DNA of 48,570 bases from Catajapyx aquilonaris (lineage: Eukaryota): the NCBI GenBank assembly GCA_000934665.2, contig JYFJ02002947.1:1-48570 (forward strand), given 5' to 3'. The position numbers were made by a program, and so were the translations under genes. Positions 34,033-44,660 of the stretch are shown in pieces (within the stretch, counting starts at the first letter, position 1; each line of letters opens with the position of its first letter). Under the pieces are notes generated by a model. That model saw only the letters and a list, made by a program, of their open reading frames with translations. It did not search any database and was not told the DNA's origin.

Positions 34033-34704
34033 CTACTGCCAATGTGTCCTGGGACACACGGTGGAGAAGCGAGGCACGGTTCGCTTCTGCAGCATGCTCG
34101 GAAGCGGATCAGGGAGTCATGGAACTGCTTCACCATCGCACGCCTGCACTTCTTAGCAGGGACGGTCTCCACTCGGATTATCTGAAATGCACCAGCGTTA
34201 TGAGCACATCCGATAGGTTATCTCGTAACAATGTGGCTTCCGATATCGATCCAGCAGCCCCTGTAATGAGCTCTGGAGGCGAACGATAGAAGCCTTTACT
34301 ATTTGCACTGTACAGATAATGACAAGTGACATCACGAAAATGATTGCCACTCGTCCAGGGAGTGCATTAACAGCTGTTGAGTACTGTAAGTACCTGTACG
34401 GCGTGTGTATGCTGCCAAGCACTGGTTGACTGCACAGGCGAGGCTGATGTCACGGTACTCCCGGTACATGTGGGTCCCAGAGCGCGAGTCATAGTGGAGC
34501 CAGATACCGATGTTCTTGACCTTCGTGGGCGTCTTCGCTGCTTGATGGACACCCCTTCTACGCCCCTCCTCAGCTTCCGGAGAAGTACCAGAAGCGCGAC
34601 TTTGCCACAATCTTGTCCGTAGCGTAGATCCGCATCTTGAAGAGCGGAGGAGTCTTGTCGCCCTCTTTCGGCAGGCGGCGACCAATCACCTCATACTCCT
34701 TCAG
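34033..34704 (-). pseudogene. RPL18A: RPL18A pseudogene (second, intron-containing copy)
   Basis: Colinear with 29658-30385 including the intron, but with several frameshifting deletions in both exons. Confidence 0.9.
34229..34367 (-). ncRNA. H/ACA snoRNA duplicate in the RPL18A pseudogene
   Basis: Near-identical to 29864-30002; boxes H and ACA are intact. Confidence 0.65.
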
Positions 34705-34787
34705 CTGGAAAACGCAACATTTATGTAAGTAACTAATAATTATTGGTGGACATGCAGCCAAAGCAAGTACACTTTTTGGACACGTGA

Positions 34788-34930
34788 AAATGTGCCTTCC
34801 ACTTATCGATCCAGCAGACCTGATTGGGATCTCTGGAGGCGAACTGGGAAGGATATTTACTGTATGCACTTTTTGTTATCAGTTACAGCTCAGAGCACAA
34901 AAGTGAAGGCTTGAACCCAGGGAAGTGCAA
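34788..34930 (-). ncRNA. H/ACA snoRNA duplicate upstream of the RPL18A pseudogene exon
   Basis: Near-identical to 30469-30612; boxes are intact. Confidence 0.65.
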
Positions 34931-34943
34931 TAATAGTTATACC

Positions 34944-34989
<46 letters not shown>

Positions 34990-35039
34990 TAACAATAACA
35001 CTATTATTATAATAATAACAGAAAGAAAATGAAGATTCT

Positions 35040-35710
35040 CACCCCTTCGCCCTTCCTAGTCGAGGATGGAGGAAACATGCCGGACAGTGGCGTGGCCAGG
35101 CTAGGCCGGAAGTGGGCAGGAATCTCTGCGGTCGGAGCTCGGAGGGCGCCACCGCACTTCCGGATGACCCCCCAAATTAAGATGAGGAACTTATTAATTT
35201 AAAAATGTGCGGCGAATTTAATTACGGTGAATTAAATTTCATATTAAATGTGAACGCAATTATGATTTGGGTTCAAATGCGCATGCGTTGCGATGTATAC
35301 TGATAGTTGATTGGTGTATTTGACAGCGTTTTTGGAACTGGAACGTGTAAACATTGTTAAGTTTACACGCTGCAGTTCCGACAGTCATCATTAGAATGCG
35401 CATGCGTTGAGATGCATACTTATCGCCCATTGGTTGATCTTACAATGGACTTGAGCGTTTAAACATTCATTTCAGAGGTTACACGCTCTAGTTCCCGGCA
35501 TTGTTATAAGAATGCGCATGCGTTAGGATTTGTACTGATCGACCATTGGTTTGCTTGAAGATAGGGGGACTTGAGCGTGTAAACTGTATGGAATGTTTAC
35601 ACGAACCAGTGGAATTATCATATTAATGCGCATGCGTTTTGATGTATACTCATCGCCCATTGGTTCACCGGACAAGGTCAGGAACTGGTGAGTGTGAACT
35701 TAATAAGAGC
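35040..35710. repeat. Second, diverged copy of the head plus tandem-unit block (4 units of ~117 bp)
   Basis: Shares the head ggccggaagtgggc...cacttccggatgacc...aaattaagatgag; gcgcatgcgtt recurs at about 35280, 35398, 35514 and 35629; preceded by (AAT)n at 34944-35017. Confidence 0.82.
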
Positions 35711-36410
35711 ATGTTAATACAACGCACGTTCCATTTTTAACCAATCAAAGCTAAAACATTTTTAAACGACTTATAAAAAATTAATTTGTAATGAGCATAA
35801 ATTGCGCACAGGTATTTACACAATTCAAGCATGGTTCGAGTGCGTCTTGCTCCTGATTGGCTGGCTGAAAACGCCGGTTTGATTTGGACCAATCAGCTCG
35901 AGGCAACACTCAGGTGACCAACTAAGCTGCTTGATATTAACAGCTACGTATATTAGCTACTGATAGCAGCAGGATATATTATAACGAATTAACCCGTAAT
36001 TAAACCAATTCAAACTGGGAATTCATGGAATATCGTCCATTAATTAATATTTATCAATTTGAGGCATCACGTAGACGGATATGAAATGCGAACCGATCAT
36101 AAATTGGCCAAAAGCATTGCATATTAGTTGTTGCTAACAGCTATTTGCACCACGTAAGAACAAGCAGCTTACTTAAATGCATTATTAAAAATTTAAATAA
36201 CAAAATGTCTGCTAAAATAAATGCACTTATTTTAATTGGGCTAATTGCTGACTCTATGTACACACTGTGTCAATGCAAAGGCCACACCACAATCCCTGTC
36301 TAGTGCACCGAAAGGGGGAGTGTCTCTTTAAATGCAGTGATTACTTATTATCAATTTATTATATAGGATATAATATATAATAATTAATTATTATAAATGC
36401 GAGAAGAGGC

Positions 36411-39400
36411 ATGAGCGTAAAGGCCTTCGAGCTTGTTCCAGCCTTGGAGAGGTTCAGGCTATCAGAAGACAAGCCGCAGAGCAAGGTATATACAACAATA
36501 ATCACAATAACAATTATTATAATTATTAATTATACAATTAATTAGTACAAATTACTCCCCCAACATTTTCAGATCGAATGCATCGAGTGCAGCGGCAACA
36601 AAATATACATCGGAACCAATGACAGGTGAGGTTCAGCTCATATTACGTGCCGTGAAGCATCGTACCCATCATAATAACGCTTGCTCTGTGTACGTAGCTA
36701 CATTGCGGTGTACACGCTTGAAGAAACGGTGCAGCCGAACGGGAAGGTCGTGCTCACCAGTCGGAAGAGCCGGCACAAGAACCTGGCCCTCGTAAGTAGA
36801 TAGAGCACGCTTGTCATGCATATCATGGCAACAGGTTTACCATTGCAACATTGTGCCATGGCAACATCGTACCATGGCAACTGGTCTACAATGAAAGTAG
36901 TACATCATGGCAACAGGTTTACCATGGCAACAGTGCGCCATGAAAATATTCTGCCATGACAACTAGTTACAATGGTAACTGTACCGTGACAACTGGTTCA
37001 TCATGGCAACTTGTTTACCATGGCAACACTGTACCATGACAACTGGGTTATCAGACTGGGTTTATCAGGGCAATTGCTGGTTTACCACTGCAACAGTATA
37101 TCATGACAACTGGCTTACCATGACAACAGTATATATACCATGGCAACTTGTTAACCATGAAAATAGTATACCATGACAACTAGTTTATCAGGGCAACTGG
37201 TTTACCATGGCAACAGTGTACCATGGCAACTGGTTTACCAGTAAAATATCATTGACAACTAGTTTGTCAGGGCAACTGGTTTGCCCTGGCAACTGGTTTA
37301 TCAATTAAATATCATTGACAACTAGTTTGTCAGTCCAACTGGTTTACCATGGCAACAGTGTACCATAGCAACTGGTTTATCAATTAAATATCATTGACAA
37401 CTAGTTTGTCAGTGCAACTGGTTTACCGTGGCAACAGTGTACCATGACAACTGGCTTGTCGTGGCAAAGTTCTAGTTTACCATGGCAACAGAATGCCATG
37501 ACAACAGCAGCTTCTCATGTGGACTAGTTTACCATGGCAGCAGGTTACAATGGCGACAGTGCACTTGTTTACCATGAAAATAGCAGACGTATGCCTTGAC
37601 GACTAGTTCACCAATGGCAACTGGTTGCAATGGGATCTGGTTTACCATGGCAACGATAACTTATTGCTTCCCATGTGCAGAAGAAGCCCGTCCGCCGGAT
37701 GAAGACGGCCCCGGCGCTGAACCGCCTGCTGGTGCTGTGCGACAACAGCCTGCTCATCCTGACCCTGACTGACCTGGAGGTGCTGGGGGACTCGGCGCGA
37801 CTCAAGGGCATCAACACCTTCTGCATCAACGAGAACCCCCTCGGAAGCAACCCCTTCAGCATACAGGTAACGGTGCCGTCGTGTGTTGCCAGACGCACAG
37901 TACTTCTTAAAGGACGTTTCAGGTGTGCCTGGGTAAGAAGAGGCTGCTGCAGGTGTGCGACATCAAGGAGGACAAGCTGACCCACGTGAAGGACGTGGCG
38001 GCTCCCGAGCTGCCCTTGGAGCTGGCCATGGACGGGGCACATATATGCGTCGCATTCCAGAGCCAGTACGTCGTGTACGACTACGAGACCGGTCGCATGC
38101 AAGAGCTGTTCGCGTACGCCCCTGAGGAGTTCACGCCCATAATCCACAGGATCAACAAGGTAACTTCGCTTCCAATGAAACAATTCTTACTCTCTACTAA
38201 GGGAAAGTTTGTTTCTTTGTCCATGGCAACCTGTTGCTCAAGAAAATATGTTGTGAGAAGAACGGGCTCCACTGCTAATTGCGCGTCGTTTTCAGGATGA
38301 GTTTCTTCTGCTTGGACCTGACGACCTTGGCATATTCGTGACTACGGCAGGGACGTCCGAGCGTCCGCCCATGCAGTGGTCGCACAACCTGTTCGCCTTC
38401 ACGCACTCGCACCCGTACATACTGGGTCTGGCGCATGACGTGCTGGCCGTCTACAGCAACCTGGACCAGATGCAGAAGCAGACCATACCCTTCTCGGGCG
38501 GGAGGCAAATCGGGAACTTCGACGGACGCCTGTACCTGTGCACGTCCAGCTCCGTGTACAGCCTGGTGTCCGTTCCGTGGGAGACACAGGTGCAGGAGCT
38601 GCTTACGGACGGACACGTCGAACAGGCGTTGCAGCTGGCGGAAAACGCTGTCAAGTTCGGATTGCAACGTGCCCAAGGCGACGCGCTACTGAAGCGTACT
38701 CAGCGACAATCCGCATTCATGAAGCTATCGCCGGGACACTTCCACGATGCGAAGGACCTGCTAATCGCTAGCCAGGTTGACCCCCGTGAAGTAATCAGCC
38801 TGTTTCCTGGATTACTTCCGGCAGAATCAGACTTCGTACGATCAGTCCCGCCGTTACATCAACTTGCGGACATACTTCAAGTAACGAAAGGCGACCCCGG
38901 GAATTTACTGGAGGCGAAACAATTCCTCGTTGAATACCTGCACGAGCTACGTACATCGACCGGACCGTCATTGGAAATGGACACGGCTTTGCTTAAGCTG
39001 TACGCTGAATTAGATCCGATTACACTGGAGCGGTTCGTCGCAAATCCGGATCTAAGATGCAGCGTATCCGACTGCGGACCGTGGTTGCAACAAAACGGAC
39101 GGTATCATGCGCTCGGATTGTTGCACAGCCGACGGGGCAATGTCGGAGAAGCGCTGGAGGCATGGGCGGACATGGTGACTGGAAAACTCCAGGACGAATC
39201 GTTCCCTGGATTCGGATTTGTCGTCGATTTCCTAGCAAGGTACGACCCAATTCGCTGTGTCAACCCATGTGTTTAAACGGTTAAATCGGCAGGCTTAGCG
39301 ACCACCAGCGTGTTTGGCAGTACGCAGATTTTGTACTGGAAAAAGACGCAACGGCCGGTGTGCGAATATTCACCGAGCGTCAATCAGCCGAGTACGATCT

Positions 39401-40518
39401 GGATACGATGAAGCCCAACTTAGTCGCCGAGTACTTGCAGCGGTATCCGGCCGCATTACGATTGTTTCTGGAGCATATGATCTTTAAGGTTAAACTGGAG
39501 GTACGTACCGACCGAATCTAATCGAATTTCGTTAACAACCGGTTTGTTACAGAGCGAGCAATTCCATACGCACTTAGCGATGCTGTACTTGGAGCAAGTA
39601 ATATCGCTTCTGAACAAAGACGAGTCGCAACTATCCGAAGCCAGACGCAAACTCCAGGAGTTGCTGGAAGCCTCGTCGAATTACAGAGTCCAGTTCATCC
39701 TTGGGAAAATGGCGAACACCGAACTGTATCCGGAGATGGCCATACTTTATGCGAAGGTACGTAAATTGCGACGTACATTGTTACGTGAATGTTACATACA
39801 CTGTTATGTACAATGCAGTACATTTGTGCGGAACTAATCGGTTGCGTTACAGATGGAGGATCATGATAAAGCGCTTCGGATACTAGTGTACAAACTGGGC
39901 GACCATAAAGCGGCTGAGGAGTACTGTGTACGTAATGCGAAAGGACTCGACATGGCGAAGCGACAGAAGATATTTTACATGCTTCTTCGCGTCTATCTCT
40001 CGCCGTCTGAAGGGTAAGTGTATGAACCGGTAATTTATGCGGGAATCAATCGTTTCCTTTTTTTCAGAGTCGAGCAGTTGGATCCGGCACTGAGTTTGCT
40101 GAACAATCATGCGGCTGAATTCGATGCGGTTCAGGTGATCAGTCTTCTTCCGCCGACCTGGCCGCTTCCGTCGGTACAGAGGTTCATACGCGGTTGCCTC
40201 CGAAGCCACCTTCACGTGAGCCGCATGAAGAAAATTGAGAGCTCGTTAGCCCGAGGAGAAAACGTGCAGAACAAGTTCGTCTGGCATGACATGTGCCGTG
40301 ATGCGCTGGTTCTACTCGAATCAAAGTAAGCGCAACGGATGAGTACGTAACCCTGCAGTACTAATCCCCGATCTCTTTACAGTTATTGCTGTGTCTGCAA
40401 AAAGCCGTTTGAAGACGCATCGTGCGCAAGATATCCAAACGGTCTCGTCACCCACACGTGGTGCGCACGACAACCCAACGTTTGTCCGCTAACCGGAGCA
40501 GTCTTTAGAGATTACTGA
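36411..40518 (+). CDS. TGFBRAP1: TGF-beta receptor-associated protein 1 / Vps3-like CORVET subunit (CNH domain, clathrin-like repeat, C-terminal Cys/His motif), 11 exons
   Basis: MSVKAFELVPALER..IECIECSGNKIYIGTND; ALNRLLVLCDNSL; SQVDPREVISLFPGLLP; EQFHTHLAMLY; C-terminal CCVCKKPF...YPNGLVTHTWC...CPLTG. All junctions are GT-AG and in frame to TGA at 40518. Confidence 0.92.
36818..37655. repeat. Intronic degenerate minisatellite built on (ggttta)ccatggcaac
   Basis: Dozens of ccatg(g/a)caac cores at about 15-17-bp spacing, with higher-order ~60-bp repeats at 37200-37450. Confidence 0.88.
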
Positions 40519-41357
40519 TCTGTACACATATGTTTAATTAAATGTATTTAAGCTGTACAGTATTAGAAATTACGATCTAATGGATGTGGTTGGTAGCCCT
40601 TTATGCGATATGATCTTCTCGGCGATGTTCATGTACGTCGTGTCAGTCGTTGCGAATTGGCCGTCGTTCAGCTCGTTGACTAGTCGCTTCACGGCGGTGT
40701 ATGCATCGCAGCGGTACGTTTGCGCCGTTGCGCTGTTGCTCGTCACCCTCAAGCAGCAGACTCTAATGAGAAAAAGCGATGACACGAACCTTCGTCTGAC
40801 CTGATGACCTGGCAACAGACTCGTTGACCTCAACACGTGCGAGGTCAAATTTTTCTCTTTTGATGATGATTATGATTATGATTATTATTATGATGACTAC
40901 AGACGATAGTATCGACAATTTTTTTGAATCTACTACTTGGTATTGTCAATCACTTGGTATCGTCCATCAATTATTTACCATCACGTTTACTGTACATTGA
41001 TGTACTGTACATTGAAGTATGGAGATGTCAATAATAATGAAAAGAATACCTACTTCATAACATAGTAAACAGACGGTATATGAGCTGATGATTTGCACAA
41101 GAACACTTACAACTTCCGGATATGAGTCCGGATTTTTTAGGCACGTAAAACCCCCTGAAATAGGCAGGAAAAAAATAACACTGAAAAAAGCACTTCAATA
41201 GGCACGAAAAATTAACATTTTGCGGGCATAATGTTTAAAAAAATTAATAAGCTATACAAATTTTATAGGCCTAAAGTATAAATAGGTCAACAAACCAGAG
41301 CAAAAAAAACCTCAAACTGACAGAAAATCACTCGGGCAAAAAATAAATTAAGAAATA

Positions 41358-41394
<37 letters not shown>

Positions 41395-42183
41395 CAATAA
41401 GTGTGACAAGCCAACAAAAAAAAAACATTTTTGATTGTGAAACAAATTACTTTTAACTATTTCGGTCATTTCAGGAGCACAAAAAATACTGCACAAAAAA
41501 ACAAACATGCCTATGAAGTAATAGAGGCCGATGCCCGCATGACGTAGGCCATCCAATGAGCGTAGACGAAAAGCGGCTGATAAGAGCTCATGGGGAAGCA
41601 CCGAGTTTCACTTTAGATTTACCGCATATCGTAACCTAAATATAAATTGTTTGAGCTGCACTATCAAATACTGAAACATTTAAGTACAACACAACCTTGC
41701 AAGTACTTTCAGTGAGAAATTAAACCCTCCACTTGTGCTGGTGAAAACAATTAGAGCTTAGTACATTACAAAAAAATGTTTGTTCAAACCTTGCAATAAT
41801 TGCGACACTATTAGTGATACTGGCTCTGCACATTTAAAAAACAATTGCATGCACATCATTCATAAATGACACCCATTTATACGTGGCTGTGTCATTTAAT
41901 TAATTCTGTGCAAGAACTGTCTTGTTCGATTCTGTGAAACACATATTGCAGTGCCCGTAGCCTGTGACAGACTTGTAATTAAAAAATTATCTTACGAACA
42001 ATAAGAAATTCAATTGCACAGTTGCACAAATTTAAAATGGTAACAAAATTACATTCTGTCATTACACGATATATATAAAAAGTACATGTCCTGAAAAAGA
42101 ATTTGTAGCAATTGACTCATCAGATTTACTCTGTATTCATGGCCGGCATTTTAACGACTAGAATCGGGAAGCAGGCGTACCGC

Positions 42184-43735
42184 TCAGTACATTTCCAGCT
42201 GAGGATCGTACCGTTCGTACTGGAACCCTGGGAACATTCCGAAGTTCAGGTGAACCTGTAAGAAAGAGTGAATTAATAATAATCAATAAAAATCAATAAA
42301 AACATTGAATTAACAAATAATAATCAAGCAGTAAATATAAAATTAATAAGTAATAATAAATAGGAATAAATTAAACTAATAATAATCAGCAATAGCAATA
42401 ACTAAAATTAATAACCATCCAGAAATAATAAATTAACAAAAATAAGACCTGATAAATTACTCATAAAAATCATATGATTTTTATGAATAAATTATTAGTA
42501 ACTTATTAGTAATTTATCAAGTCTTCTTATCAACCAATCAATAATAAATCAATCTATCAGTAATAAATCAATATAAATAAGCAGTAATAAATAAATAAAT
42601 AGTAATAATAAACTAATACGAAATCAGACAAGATAACCTACTAATCAATTACTAATCAATAATTCATAAATAAAATGCATCAATCAATGAATAATAAATG
42701 AATAATAATTGATCAATAATAAAAAATAAATTAATAAAATAATCGATGCAAATTAATAAATAAACCGTTAGTTAAATTCAAATTAATATTCAAAAATAAG
42801 TAATAATTGATGAAACGTACAGCACTCTCTAAACACAAATTCTCCAGGACGGATGCGACTTGGCTGAATGTTGGCCGTTCGTCCGGATCAATCTGCCAGC
42901 ACTGCAGCATCAGCTGGTACAGGTCATCCCCGACGTACGCTAACTGCTCAGGTCTCAGTCCTCGTGTTACCCGCATCGGTACGTCCTTCGTCTTGACCTC
43001 TGCATACGGTGTCCCTCCCAGGGCCGCGATTTCCCAAAGCAGAACCCCGAAGGACCAAGCGTCGCTCTTGGCCGAGGTGTTGAGGCGACTGCGGAATACT
43101 TCTTGGGATGTCCAGCGAGTCAGGTCACGGACACCCTCGCCGCTTCGTCTGTACTGAGCGAGACCAAACCCAGTCACCTTAGGGGTTGACCCGTCCGCCA
43201 TAAGCACGCTCCGGCATTGCAGAAAGTTGTGGACCACCCGCAGCGATGACAAGTAATCCATCGCCATGGCAATACCACGAGCGATGTCCAGAAGTGCCGC
43301 TTCGTCCAAAGTGCAAAAGCGGCCATGCGACTCATACCTGTAATTTGACAATTAGCACCGGAATGACACCATGCTGCATGTGTACTCACCGGCTTTCGAC
43401 CAACATGTCCTTGAGACTCGCTGGAATAATGTTCGGTCACAACGTACAGGTGATCAGGCTCCTCGCAGATCCCTAGAAGCGTCACAATATTCCCATGAAA
43501 TCCGACTCGCACCAGCGTATCCAGGTCATGCAGTACGCCCTGTTTGTCCTCCACCGTATCCGGTACGTCATACAGCGCCACCTCCGTATGCCCACCTCCT
43601 CGCTGAACTGTCAAAGTACCACGCAAGACAGGTCCAAACTGGCCGCGGCCCAAAACCTGCTCCATTACGAGTGAACCACGTGGTAAGGTCATAACCTGCG
43701 ACCTCAACCGGTCATAATGGTCCTTCTGCGTCGCC
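42184..43735 (-). pseudogene. Wsck: 3' (cytoplasmic pseudokinase) half of a Wsck-like receptor tyrosine kinase, 5'-truncated and frameshifted
   Basis: Motifs GRGQFG, VVHNFLQCRSVL (no HRD), KVTGFG (no DFG), RWTSQEVF, KSDAWSFG, GGTPY and YQLMLQCWQIDPDERPTF. Last exon 42255-42184 encodes VHLNFGMFPGFQYERYDPQLEMY*. One extra T near 43426 breaks HYPASLKDMLVESR. No ectodomain or TM segment upstream. Confidence 0.75.
42270..42810. repeat. AT-rich low-complexity intron (aat/aataa-rich)
   Basis: Extreme A/T skew between the last two Wsck exons. Confidence 0.7.
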
Positions 43736-43774
43736 CAACACCAGTCCAGTGTGTACGTAATTACAAACGATTAC

Positions 43775-44397
43775 GCTGGATATCAGGTGCGTCACTGCCT
43801 CTTCGTGTGTCTGTAACCGGATAAACAGTAAAAGTGGTATGGACTTTGTACAGGAATGATTACCGGACTGAGCAGGTACTCTCGGTCGTGCCGGTCCGTT
43901 ACAGTGAACAGCTCCGGCCGAGCAGTGTCGTACCGGCCGGTTCTTTTCCACAAACCGGCCGGAATCAGAGTCGGCAGCATCACCTTCTGGCAACCGATCC
44001 GCTCCATCTCGACGTCCAGCAACCGGCTCAGTTTGTCCAGCGCACGCATACCAAGCGGTAGTAACGCAAACAATCCAGACCCTTCAGACTTGATAACACC
44101 CAAGTCCATCATCAGCTGTTGAACAACAAAAAAAAGTCATATTAAAAAGGCCACCCAAAACCTGTGTATATACAACACAAAAACCTTCTGACTCTTGGAA
44201 GCCACATCTGTCTTGCTCTCAACGTCCTTTGGTGCCACACTGGTTGGCCTGAATATCCGGAACATCCTCCAGTTCGATGCCCATCTTCGGACAATAGTTC
44301 GACCCCGAATTAAAACCAATCCGGTCGAATTCATGGCTCGATTCGTGACCAAAACTGATGAACACATGTGAAAAAGACGTCCACTGTAAGCCGCCAT
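43775..44397 (-). pseudogene. PARS2: 5' part of mitochondrial prolyl-tRNA synthetase, truncated after THEEAVT
   Basis: Exon 44397-44185 encodes an Arg/Ser-rich transit-like N-terminus ending SKSQK. Exon 44115-43864 encodes LMMDLGVI...GLFALLPLGMRALDKL...LWKRTGRY...DRHDREYLLSP. Exon from 43810 encodes THEEAVTHLISS, after which homology ends. Confidence 0.85.
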
Positions 44398-44660
44398 CTT
44401 TGAATTCAACGTTGCCAGATATAGCACGACAATGTTGCCAGACACACAGAAAGGCACTCGGATTAACCCATTTTTATTCCCTGATAATATGGTTTTTAGT
44501 GCAATTAAATGCAGATTGGGTAGCTTCATGGAATAGACGGAAAGTAAACTAGCATTAAATTTTCATATTTCGGCCATCTTTGAGCTCGTAGACCAAGATT
44601 AGCCAATTAGAGGCCAGTATTAGTGTCACGTGATGCAGGAGTTCCAATATGGCGACCTCA
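44385..44660. promoter_or_regulatory. Housekeeping-type (possibly bidirectional) promoter region
   Basis: YY1/Pho-like AAGATGGCGGC over the PARS2 ATG and AAGATGGCCG at about 44575; CCAAT at about 44603; GTCACGTGA at about 44625; + strand AATATGGCG at about 44646. Confidence 0.45.

Noticed and set aside
42731..43707. Active receptor tyrosine kinase
   Set aside because: HRD and DFG motifs are replaced (HNF, GFG), a frameshift is present, and there is no ectodomain or TM segment.
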